Positions 8,917 through 17,554 of a stretch of DNA of 64,000 nt are shown here, piece after piece. The stretch covers positions 1,184-65,183 of the forward strand of contig CAVQZK010000015.1 in NCBI GenBank assembly GCA_963718465.1, in the 5' to 3' direction. Position numbers and translations under genes: made by a program. The notes under the pieces are model-generated. The model ran no database searches. It saw only the letters and a list, made by a program, of their open reading frames with translations, and was not told the DNA's origin. Every line of letters starts with the position of its first letter. The stretch's first letter is position 1. Source of the stretch: Bryobacterales bacterium (lineage in GTDB: Bacteria; Acidobacteriota; Terriglobia; Bryobacterales; Bryobacteraceae).

Positions 8917-11662
8917 ATGTCTTGGACCAGGCGCGCTGTCACACTTTACCGCCGTTTGCGGAGTCGTGAGCAGGTTGACATTGATCTCGACGCCGAAGTG
9001 CAAGGCTACTTCGAAATCGTGATCCAGCGCCTCATGGCAAGGGGTTTGCCGCGCGAACAGGCCATCCGGGCGGCGCGCCTGAAGCTTGAAGGGCCGGAAC
9101 AGATAAAGGAGAAGGCAAGGGAAGCACGCATGGGAACGGCTATTGAAACCACCGTACGGGATCTCCGATACGCCTGGAGGACGCTGCGCAAGAATCCAGG
9201 GTTCACCCTTGTTGCGGTTTTAACCCTCGGCTTGGGTATTGGCGCGAACGCTGCCATTTTCAGCTTGATCAATGCCGTGATGCTGCGTTTGCTTCCCGTG
9301 CAACACCCTGAGCAACTGGTGCTGCTTACCGATCCCGCCGAAAGCGGCACAGCCACGGATACCACCGAGCACGGCATACGCAGAAATTTATCCTATCCGG
9401 AGTTCGAGCAGCTTCGTTTGCACAACACGGTATTTTCAGGCATTTTGGCCGCACAGAATGAGGTTCTTGAGGTCAACGTCTCTCCCGGAGCGAAAACAAC
9501 AGCCGAACCCGTGAAAGCTCGCGTGCAGCTTGTGTCAGGCGAGTTCTTCCACGTTCTGGGAGTTCAGCCCATTATTGGCCGGGTCTTCACTCCCGAGGAA
9601 GATAGGGTAGCCCGGCGCGAACCCGATCACCGTCATTTCGTACGACTACTGGCGGCGTGAGTTTGCCGGTAACTCGAAGGTTGCGGGAGCCACTGTACGC
9701 GTTGGCCAGGGCACGTTTCGGATTATCGGTGTGGCGCCTCCCGGATTTAGAGGAATCCTGATCGGCTCGGCCCCGGATTTCTGGTTTCCGCTGACCATGC
9801 AGGGGCAAGTGCTCCCAGGCCGCGATTTTCTAAAGCCCAAGGATACGTTGTGGCTTCAGGTCATGGCCCGCCTCGCTCCAGGAATCTCCCGGCAGCGAGC
9901 CGAAGCTGGAATCAACATAACGTTCCAACAAACGCTGCGGGATTGGGCGGCGGCCCTCCCAACTGAACGGGAACGTCGCGGCATGCTCAACGAGAAAATC
10001 GAGTTGCGTCCCGGTAACCGCGGCGCCTCCACGGTGCGTGGCCAGTTTTCAGATCCTCTGGTGCTGCTGATGGCCATGGTTAGTGTTGTACTCCTCATCG
10101 CGTGCGCCAACATTGCCAATCTCATGCTGGCCAAGGCGAGCGGGCGGCAGCGCGAAATGGGCGTTCGACTCGCTCTAGGCGCAGCCCGTCTCAGGCTGAT
10201 TCGCCAGTTGCTGACAGAGAGTCTTCTGGTTGCCGCCCTCGGAGGCGTTCTAGGCATTCTTCTTTCCATTGCCGGTACCCGCCTGCTTCTTGCTTTAGTT
10301 TCAACCGGCATTGACGATCTCGGTCTTGAAATTCCCATCGACTATCACGTGCTTCTATTTACCGCGGCAATTTCACTCTTGACTCTTCTCCTGTTCGGCT
10401 TGGCCCCCGCCATTCGCGGAACCCGCCTGGATATAAACCGGACGCTCGCATCGAACATGCGAGGTTCAATCGGCGGCCGCGGAGGCGTGCGGGCAGGTCA
10501 GGTTCTTGGCATGACGCAGGTTGCCTTGTCGTTGGTGTTGCTCATAGGCGCCGCGTTATTTCTACGCAGCTTGGGTAACCTGCTTGGCCAGAGTGTTGGA
10601 TTTGAACGCGAGCATCTCCTCATGATTGAACTCGACCCGGTGGCAGCTGGCTACAAGGGACCGGCCATGACGGCACTGTATGAACGAGTTCGTGAACAGC
10701 TGCGCACCATACCCGGAGTCCGTAATGTCAGTCTGTCCAACACTGGTCTGTTTCGCGGCGACTCCGGGGATCATCTCTCGATTGAAGGCTCGCCGGTGCG
10801 CGACCCGGAACAACTAGTCTCGCGATGGACAGAGGTAGGAGCCGATTATTTCAAGACTGTGGGCATCCGGCTGCTTCGCGGGCGTGAAATCACCGCCTCT
10901 GATGCTGCTCGCGGCGCGCAGGTGTGCCTGATCAATGAATCGTTCCTGCGGCGATTCTTTCCAAACATGGACGCCATCGGCAAGCACATTACGGATGAGT
11001 ATCCGACCACTCGTGAAACTTTCGAAATAATCGGCGTTGTCGCCGATTCCAAGGAACATAGCCCGGACGAGAGGAATAACCCCCGCTTTTATTCGAATAT
11101 TTCCCATCCCATCGGAACCCCGGAATCCGCTACCTATCTTTTGAATACAGTGCGAAATCCCGCGAGTGTTGCCCTGGCGGCTCGCGAGTCTCTAAAGCAG
11201 ATCGATCGAAACTTGTCTATTTTGAATGTGAACACCGTGAATCAGCAACTTGACCGACAGCTGGTTGCCGAACGCCTCATCACCGATCTCGCGGAATTTT
11301 TCGCCGTGATCGCTCTTTTCATGGCGGCTCTCGGCCTCTACGGCGTCATGTCGTATTCCCTCACCCGCCGGACAAACGAGATCGGAATTCGGATGGCTCT
11401 GGGGGCCTCGGCTCTCGGAGTAAGGCGCATGGTGCTTGGTGAAACGCTCCGCATGATGGCAATTGGCGTGGCTGTCGGTTTGCCATGTGCCATCGCCGCG
11501 GCCCGGCTCATCTCCAGCCGATTGTTCGAAGTCACCGCTTTCGATCCCATATCGATTGCTGTGGCAATTTCAATGATCTTGGGCGCGGGCTTACTGGCCG
11601 GCGATGTGCCCGCCTATCGCGCTTCGAAAGTCGACCCCATGGTTTCGCTCCGGCACGATTGA
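8917..11662 (+). pseudogene. ADOP-type MacB-like permease (FtsX/MacB_PCD, duplicated), one frameshift
   Basis: ORF 8917-9660 ends ..FTPEEDRV, then runs out of frame. The second frame opens at 9611 with PGANPITVISYDYWRREFAGNS..GVAPPGF and continues in ORF 9731-11662. The N-terminal prefix (RDLRYAWRTLRKNPGFTLVAVLTLGLGIGANAAIFS) and the repeated FtsX halves are typical of the family. No adjacent ATPase gene. Confidence 0.85.
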
Positions 11663-11695
11663 GCGATAAGCTTTTCTACTCTCGAAACTACGCGG

Positions 11696-11897
11696 CTAAA
11701 CCGCCCCAACCTCAATCACACGAAGTTCTGCCGGACGCGTAGCATACGGCGGTTCCAGATGAAGCTCCAGCGTTTCCTTCAAAGTTCGCAAGAGCCTCTT
11801 CTTCCGTCTCCCCTTGACTGGCAACATCGATTTCAAGGCATTGGGAAACATACCAATTGCCCTCTCGCCAGACAGTAGCCGCGAATGGTCGCTTCAT
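11696..11897 (-). pseudogene. hicB: HicB-family antitoxin, C-terminal frameshift, no hicA partner
   Basis: The N-terminus WREGNWYVSQCLEIDVASQGETEEEALAN is HicB-like. Removing one T from the coding-strand AACTTTGAAGG (plus-strand A-run 11781-11783) restores NLKETLELHLEPPYATRPAELRVIEVGAV-stop (TAG at 11696-11698). Confidence 0.6.
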
Positions 11898-11973
11898 GCC
11901 TCATTTTTCCATGAAATACGATATCTTTCCCGCCGTCGTTAACACTTACTAGCATGTTTCCGTCTTTCCCATA

Positions 11974-12014
11974 GAACAGCCGATATAGTTGGCTTTTCGC
12001 AAAAGCGGCTGTTC
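11974..12014. promoter_or_regulatory. Nested inverted repeat in the leader/promoter region of the ECF operon
   Basis: Outer arms are GAACAGCCG (11974-11982) and CGGCTGTTC (12006-12014). The inner hairpin is GCTTTT-CGC-AAAAGC (11992-12006). It ends 24 nt before ATG 12038, just upstream of the AAGGAGAG Shine-Dalgarno. Confidence 0.3.
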
Positions 12015-12037
12015 AGAGTCAAAAAGGAGAGATCTGT

Positions 12038-12469
12038 ATGAAGTTATTATTCGCTCTGTTCGTTCTAGCCGTCCCGATTTTTGCCGGCGCCTTAACTCTC
12101 GAAGTCGGCAATCCGGCTTCGAATCCGGAAGCGCTAACCAGTCACGCCGTGCTGGTGGCGCGAATCACCGCCTGTCATTCACCTGAGAAAACCACGGTTC
12201 AGGCAACCGCCGAAGGCGTGGTGAATGGGCTGCGGAAGAGCATTCCCTTGAAGGTCATCTCGCTCTCGACAGCGGGAACATTCGCCATAACTCGTGAATG
12301 GCCCGAAGCGGGGAATTGGGCCGTCAAGATGGTCGCGACGAATCCGGACTACAAAGATTACGCCACCAGCGTGCTGGTACCCGTCCGGAACGACGCGGCG
12401 CAATTTTCGGCAGCCAAGCACTATTTTCACGCTCCCACCGATGCTGAAGTGTCTCTGGCATTAAACTGA
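12038..12469 (+). CDS. Exported protein of unknown function (first gene of the ECF operon)
   Basis: Strong SD (AAAAAGGAGAG), signal peptide MKLLFALFVLAVPIFAGA, 143 aa. It ends 15 nt before the sigma factor gene. Confidence 0.65.
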   Translation: MKLLFALFVLAVPIFAGALTLEVGNPASNPEALTSHAVLVARITACHSPEKTTVQATAEGVVNGLRKSIPLKVISLSTAGTFAITREWPEAGNWAVKMVATNPDYKDYATSVLVPVRNDAAQFSAAKHYFHAPTDAEVSLALN

Positions 12470-12484
12470 TCCCAGCAGTAAGCC

Positions 12485-13015
12485 GTGCTTATAACCATCG
12501 AGCCTAAACTCCAGGAAGCCACCCTGGTTCGTGCCGCCCAGAGCGGTGACCGGGTGGCTTTTGGCCAGCTTTATCAGGAATACGGCCGGCTTATTCACGG
12601 CATCTTACTGGCGCATGTCTCCTATCAGGACGCCGAAGATCTCATGCAGGATGTGTTTATAAAGGCGCTCAAGCAATTGCCTGCTTTACGCGAACCGGCG
12701 GCTTTCCCCGGCTGGCTGATTGCCATCGCTAGGCGGACGGCAACCGACCATCTGAGAACCTGCAGAAATACACTCCAACTTGGACCGCTTCTCGCTGGTG
12801 GAAGAGCGCCCGATGCTGAGGGATTCGCCATACTTACGGTCATTCAGCGCCTGCCCGAAAGCTACCGGGAGACTTTGGTTCTTCGTTTGGTGGAAGGCAT
12901 GACTGGACCCGAAATTGCCGGCCGCACGGGCTTAACACCCGACTCAGTGCGAGTAAATCTGTGCCGTGGCATGAAGCTCTTGCGCGAGCAGTTGGAGGGA
13001 CAACGGAAGGTATGA
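12485..13015 (+). CDS. ECF-type RNA polymerase sigma-70 family factor
   Basis: Region 2 (DAEDLMQDVFIKAL..FPGWLIAIARRTATDHLR) and region 4 (ESYRETLVLRLVEGMTGPEIAGRTGLTPDSVRVNLCRGMKLLRE). GTG start. Confidence 0.9.
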   Translation: MLITIEPKLQEATLVRAAQSGDRVAFGQLYQEYGRLIHGILLAHVSYQDAEDLMQDVFIKALKQLPALREPAAFPGWLIAIARRTATDHLRTCRNTLQLGPLLAGGRAPDAEGFAILTVIQRLPESYRETLVLRLVEGMTGPEIAGRTGLTPDSVRVNLCRGMKLLREQLEGQRKV

Positions 13016-13976
13016 CTGAAGACTATCTATGGGACGGGAGCGGAGAGCCGGAACCTGAGGTGGCGTATCTCGAGGAAGTTCTTGGGAAGCTGCGATGGTC
13101 CGGGAGACAGCCCAAATCGGAGCGCGTTACGCCGCTAAATTGGTGGAATGAAAAACGGCCTTGGGCTATCGCGGCAGCGGCGGCTTTGGTGCTTGCTCTT
13201 GGGACGGCGCTTCTCATGAACAAGACGCCGACCCCGCATTCCGTGACTTCCTGGAATTTATCGTTTCCGGGCCAAGGGCCAAGCTCCGTTCGCGCCGGAC
13301 AGATAATCGAGACCGGCCTCAGCCACGCAATCATGGAGTCTGAGTTCATCGGCGAGGTGGATATCGATCCTAATTCCCGCCTGCGTCTGCTTGCGTCGCG
13401 CCAAGGTCAGCATCGTCTGGCGCTCGACCACGGAACCATCCGCGCGCTCATCTGGGCGCCCCGGCAAAATTTGCCGTCGATACGCCTGCGGCAAAGGCCG
13501 TCGATTTGGGATGCCAGTACAGCTTGTCTGTTGCACAAGACGGCAAAGGATTTCTGACTGTGGAATTGGGCTGGGTAGCGTTCCAATGGAACAAAATCGA
13601 GTCGTTCATTCCACGCGGCGCCGCCTGCACTACGCGCGTAGGGCACGGTCCGGATACGCCGTACTTTCTTGACGCACCCGCGGCTTTGACAAAATCACTG
13701 GCTGAGTTCGACCTTTCGGGGAACACTCAGGCGTTGCGCTCGGTGCTGACGGCCGCTCGTCCCCGCGACGCCTTGACGCTATGGCATCTGCTGGGGCGAA
13801 CACAGGGAAGTGAACGGGCTGAAGTGTTCGACAGCTTTGCGCGATTGGTGAGTTTGCCGCCTGGCGTGACGCGTCAGGGCATTCTGCACGGTGACCGCAA
13901 GAGTATGGATGCCGCCTGGGATGCATTGAAGCTAGGAAACACCAGCTGGTGGCGTGAATGGAAGCGGGATTGGTGA
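13012..13976 (+). pseudogene. FecR-domain membrane anti-sigma-like protein, one frameshift
   Basis: ATG 13012 overlaps the sigma stop (ATGA). The protein has a short cytoplasmic N-terminus, a TM helix (WAIAAAAALVLALGTALLM), then a FecR-like region. The frame switches between ..HGTIRALIWAP (ORF 12961-13557) and PAKFAVDTPAAKAVDLGCQYSL (ORF 13506-13976) at the C4/A4 runs 13459-13469. Confidence 0.75.
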
Positions 13977-13989
13977 AGAGAGGCACAAT

Positions 13990-15129
13990 ATGCAGCATAA
14001 AAATGCGTTGGTAGCGGTCTTGGTTTCTTGCGCCACGGCGGCGATTGCGTCCGAAGATTTAGGCGCGGTTCACGAGTGGGGCACGTTCACATCCGTGGCA
14101 GGCCGCGATGGAGCGGCGATGGGTTGGCAGACGCTCTCCGGACCTTCCGACCTGCCGTGCTTTGTGCATCGGCTGGACCAGCGCGATTTGAAGGTAGCCG
14201 AATACGGTAGGGTGCGGATGGAGACGCCGGTCCTCTATTTCTATCCCTTGAAGCCGCTGACTGTTTCGGTTCACGTCGATTTTCCTGACGGTCGCGTTAC
14301 GGAGTGGTATCCCAATTCGAGCAGCGTCCAGCCTTCCAGCAGCAGCAGAAGAGGATGGATTGAGTGGAACGACGTGCGCCTGAGCAAGAATAGCGAGCCC
14401 CAGCCAATGCTTGACAAGGCGAGCCATTACTATGCTGCTCGTGCGACCGACGCTTGGCCGTTGACTAGCGGACAGCAGAACGAAAAATTGCTCTTTTATC
14501 GGGGTATTGGCGATTTTGGTGTCGATCTAAGGGCAATCGTGAATCACGCTGGCGTCTCGCTACGTAATGCCGGCTCCGAAACGATCCCCGAGGTAATCGT
14601 TTTCGAAAATCGCGCGGGCAACATCGGGTACAGTACCATTCGCAGCTTGCGCGAGCCGGCGACCGTGAGTTTTTCCGATTTAAACGGCAGCCTGAACAAT
14701 TTGCTCGGTCAACTGGAAGATGAACTGACGGAAATGGGGCTCTACCGGAAAGAAGCACGCGCAATGCTCGAGACCTGGCGTGATTCGTGGTTTGAAGAGG
14801 GTTTGCGCGTGTTCTATATTGTGCCGCGCCCAACGGTAGATGCACTGCTGCCGATTTCCATTCGTCCTGCGCCCGGGCAACTGAGTCGGGTTTTTGTGGG
14901 GCGAGTGGAACTCCTTTCCCCGCGGATGAGGCAGGAAATCGGCGCTGCCCTGATGAACGGGGATATCGCCGTGCTGAAAAAATACGGACGCTTTCTGAAT
15001 GCCTTCCTCCGCGAGATGGGCAATGGACAGGACGACCCTCCGATGTGCGAACAGGCGCGGCAGTTTCTGGAGAGCGTATATCGCCAAGCTCTAGCGGAGT
15101 CGCAAAAGATTGCCTGTGCTGAGCAATAG
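13990..15129 (+). CDS. Exported protein of unknown function (last gene of the ECF operon)
   Basis: The in-frame ATG at 13990 gives MQHKNALVAVLVSCATAAIASE (signal peptide). 379 aa, no motif I recognise. Confidence 0.7.
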   Translation: MQHKNALVAVLVSCATAAIASEDLGAVHEWGTFTSVAGRDGAAMGWQTLSGPSDLPCFVHRLDQRDLKVAEYGRVRMETPVLYFYPLKPLTVSVHVDFPDGRVTEWYPNSSSVQPSSSSRRGWIEWNDVRLSKNSEPQPMLDKASHYYAARATDAWPLTSGQQNEKLLFYRGIGDFGVDLRAIVNHAGVSLRNAGSETIPEVIVFENRAGNIGYSTIRSLREPATVSFSDLNGSLNNLLGQLEDELTEMGLYRKEARAMLETWRDSWFEEGLRVFYIVPRPTVDALLPISIRPAPGQLSRVFVGRVELLSPRMRQEIGAALMNGDIAVLKKYGRFLNAFLREMGNGQDDPPMCEQARQFLESVYRQALAESQKIACAEQ

Positions 15130-15217
15130 GTCCCCAAACGCTCGGGTACCGTAATTGAGTTTACGGGTTAAGTCGGAAGATCGATGTAGCGGTCATGTCA
15201 CAAGCAGGAGTTATCAC

Positions 15218-16206
15218 TCACAGATTACCAGCCCACAATCCCGCAGAGTTGCCAGCATTGTGGGCAAGAGCGGGGATAAAGATGTTTAATGTTCGCCAAC
15301 GGAGGATGCCGCAACCATAGCCCGAGGAGAAATGCCAGTATGAACGGGAACCGCGTGAATTGCCAACCAGCTTGGTTATGGTACAGCGCATGCACCGATC
15401 CAAAGGCGAAAGCAGAGATGAAAACAGCTGCAACATTTGAGCAGCCGAGAGTAGCTCTTCCGTACCCCCGGAAAAGCATTGCGAAAGCTACACCACGGTA
15501 GGCCACCTCTTCGGCTATGCCCGGCAGTGTTGCCTCATATAGAACGGTCTCCAGACCAAATGGATTGTGGTTGCGATATGCGTAGTCGAGCAGCGCGGCG
15601 CTTTTTTCTCCAGACGATAGCTGCATACGGGCGGCGCTCTTGGCCATGGCCATGAGGACGGCCGGAGCCACGCCATGGCCGGAAACGTCAGCAATCCCGA
15701 AGCGATGGCCGAAATGATCGCGGTTCCATCAACAACTAACCGGCGCTGTACGTGAGAAGATCAGCCGCAGTCAACGGGATTGTGAGAGGGAGGTTAGGTA
15801 ACGAGTTGCTTACCAGAATCGCAACCGCGGTTTGCGGAACAAAAATAGGCAGAAAGGCCATCCAAAACTTTTTTCCGAGACGAAACCCGGTAAACGCGTA
15901 CGCCGCGCATACCGGCAAGACCAACCGCGCTGAACGTCCAGGGGTTCCAAACTTTGCCTGGAATCGCGTCCGTCCGTAACAACCCCAGAGGCGGTTGGCA
16001 TAGTGCTTTGCTTTCCGTGGCTTGGTAACATCTGGGTTTCCGGCATCGTCTTTTGGGAAAGCCGTCAACCGAACTGCTAACAATGCCTTAGAGCTATTGG
16101 TCTTCTTGAAGCGTCTAAAATTGTTTACGCCAACCGCCGGATTTTTTGGCGTGACCTGTTGAGCCGCTTTGTCTGAACAAGAGCCGGAAACTATGCCACC
16201 TGTCAC
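15218..16206 (-). pseudogene. Decayed ORF: CPBP (CAAX/Abi) intramembrane protease C-terminal half preceded by a SpoIIE/PP2C-like fragment, at least two frameshifts
   Basis: CPBP motifs: EEVAYRG, FAFGSVH, and after a frame switch RTLNIFIPALAHNAGN (ORFs 15225-15671 and 15218-15436). Upstream are SNSLPNLPLTIPLTAADLLTYSAG-stop (ORF 15736-16206) and, in the next frame, WNRDHFGHRFGIADVSGHGVAPAVLMAMAKSAA. The 5' end is uncertain and overlaps the mdtA start. Confidence 0.5.
16127..16152. promoter_or_regulatory. 7-bp inverted repeat ACGCCAA-N12-TTGGCGT directly upstream of mdtA
   Basis: Read directly. It lies 17 nt before TTG 16169 and 41 nt before ATG 16193. No T-run follows, so it is not a terminator. 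Confidence 0.3.
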
Positions 16207-17554
16207 TTTAGAACCACAACCTCCTGAACGCCGCGAGCGCGAAGCCGTTACGCCGGGTCCGGCACTTTACCCCGAATTGGACTTGGACCAACATGGCCCC
16301 TCGAAGAATTACTGGTGGGTTTGGCTGCTCGTCTTTGCCGCCATCGGCTTCGGCTGCTATAAGCTATATCAGTTCGAAAACACTAAAAAGGCCCAAGTCG
16401 CTTCCAAGAAGGGGATGATGATGCGGCCCCACAACATCCCGGTGGTGGCGGCTGCTGCGCACGCCGGCGACTTGCCGGTTTATCTGCAAGGCTTGGGAAC
16501 GGTAACCGCCTTCAACAGCGTGACCGTGAAAACGCGCGTAGACGGACAGCTGATCAGCGTCAATTTTCACGAAGGTCAGTTTGTGAACAAGGGTGATTTG
16601 CTGGCCGAAATCGACCCCAGGCCGTTTCAAGTCGTCCTCGATCAGGCGAACGGTTCTTTAGCGCAAGCCAAGGGCACTCTCGCGAAAGATGAAGCCGCGC
16701 TGCGCGATGCGCAAGTCAACTACGTCCGTTATCAAGAGCTATTTAAAGAGCAGATCATTGCCAAGCAGCAGCTCGATACCCAGCTAGCTACCGCCGACCA
16801 GATTAGAGGAACGATTGAATCGGATAATGCCGCCATTGAAGCGGCCCAGGCCATGATCAATAGCGCCAAGCTGAATCTGGCCTTTACGCGCATAACTTCT
16901 CCCATCAGCGGGCGCATTGGTCTTCGCCAAGTGGATTCAGGCAATATGATCCACGCCGCGGATGCAACCGGAATCGCTATTGTCGACCAGCTTCAACCCA
17001 TCTCCGTGCTGTTCAGTATTCCGGAAGATCAACTGCCTCCGGTGCTGGACAAACTGCGGCAAGGGAACAAGCTGAAAGTAGAGGCTTACGACCGCGATCA
17101 ATCGAAGAAAATTGCCGAAGGTACCCTGCTTACGGTCGATAACCAGATTGATACCACCACCGGCACTTCACGTTTGAAAGCGGTTTTTGACAATGCCGAT
17201 TATCATCTATTTCCGAATCAGTTCGTCAACATCAAGCTTTGGATCGACACCAAGCGCGGCGCAATTATCATTCCGGCGGTCGCCATTCAACGCGGTCCAA
17301 CGGGAACATTCGTCTATCTGGTCGAGGACGACGACACGGTCACGGTACGCGCGGTGAAAGTCGGCCTGACCGAAGGCAACGATGTTTCTATCGATGACGG
17401 CTTAGCGGCTGGCGACCGGGTGGTGGTAGACGGCGCGGAGAAACTGACCGAGGGAATGAAAGTATCGTTCCGCCAACCGGGTCAGCCTGCCGCCAATGGT
17501 ACCGGCGGTCAGAAAGGCGCTGGACACAAGGGTAAAAAAGGACCCGCAGAATGA
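16169..17554 (+). CDS. mdtA: RND efflux periplasmic adaptor (membrane fusion protein), MdtA-like
   Basis: TM anchor ([17 protein letters not shown]), HlyD/MFP lipoyl and coiled-coil regions ([30 protein letters not shown]; [15 protein letters not shown]). The stop overlaps the mdtB ATG (ATGA). The start may be ATG 16193. Confidence 0.9.
   Translation: MSEQEPETMPPVTLEPQPPERREREAVTPGPALYPELDLDQHGPSKNYWWVWLLVFAAIGFGCYKLYQFENTKKAQVASKKGMMMRPHNIPVVAAAAHAGDLPVYLQGLGTVTAFNSVTVKTRVDGQLISVNFHEGQFVNKGDLLAEIDPRPFQVVLDQANGSLAQAKGTLAKDEAALRDAQVNYVRYQELFKEQIIAKQQLDTQLATADQIRGTIESDNAAIEAAQAMINSAKLNLAFTRITSPISGRIGLRQVDSGNMIHAADATGIAIVDQLQPISVLFSIPEDQLPPVLDKLRQGNKLKVEAYDRDQSKKIAEGTLLTVDNQIDTTTGTSRLKAVFDNADYHLFPNQFVNIKLWIDTKRGAIIIPAVAIQRGPTGTFVYLVEDDDTVTVRAVKVGLTEGNDVSIDDGLAAGDRVVVDGAEKLTEGMKVSFRQPGQPAANGTGGQKGAGHKGKKGPAE

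Noticed and set aside
11898-12037. A possible hicA remnant lies upstream of hicB.
   Set aside because: Only very short HicA-reminiscent strings are spread over three frames in about 140 nt. This is too weak to annotate and is mentioned only as context in the findings.
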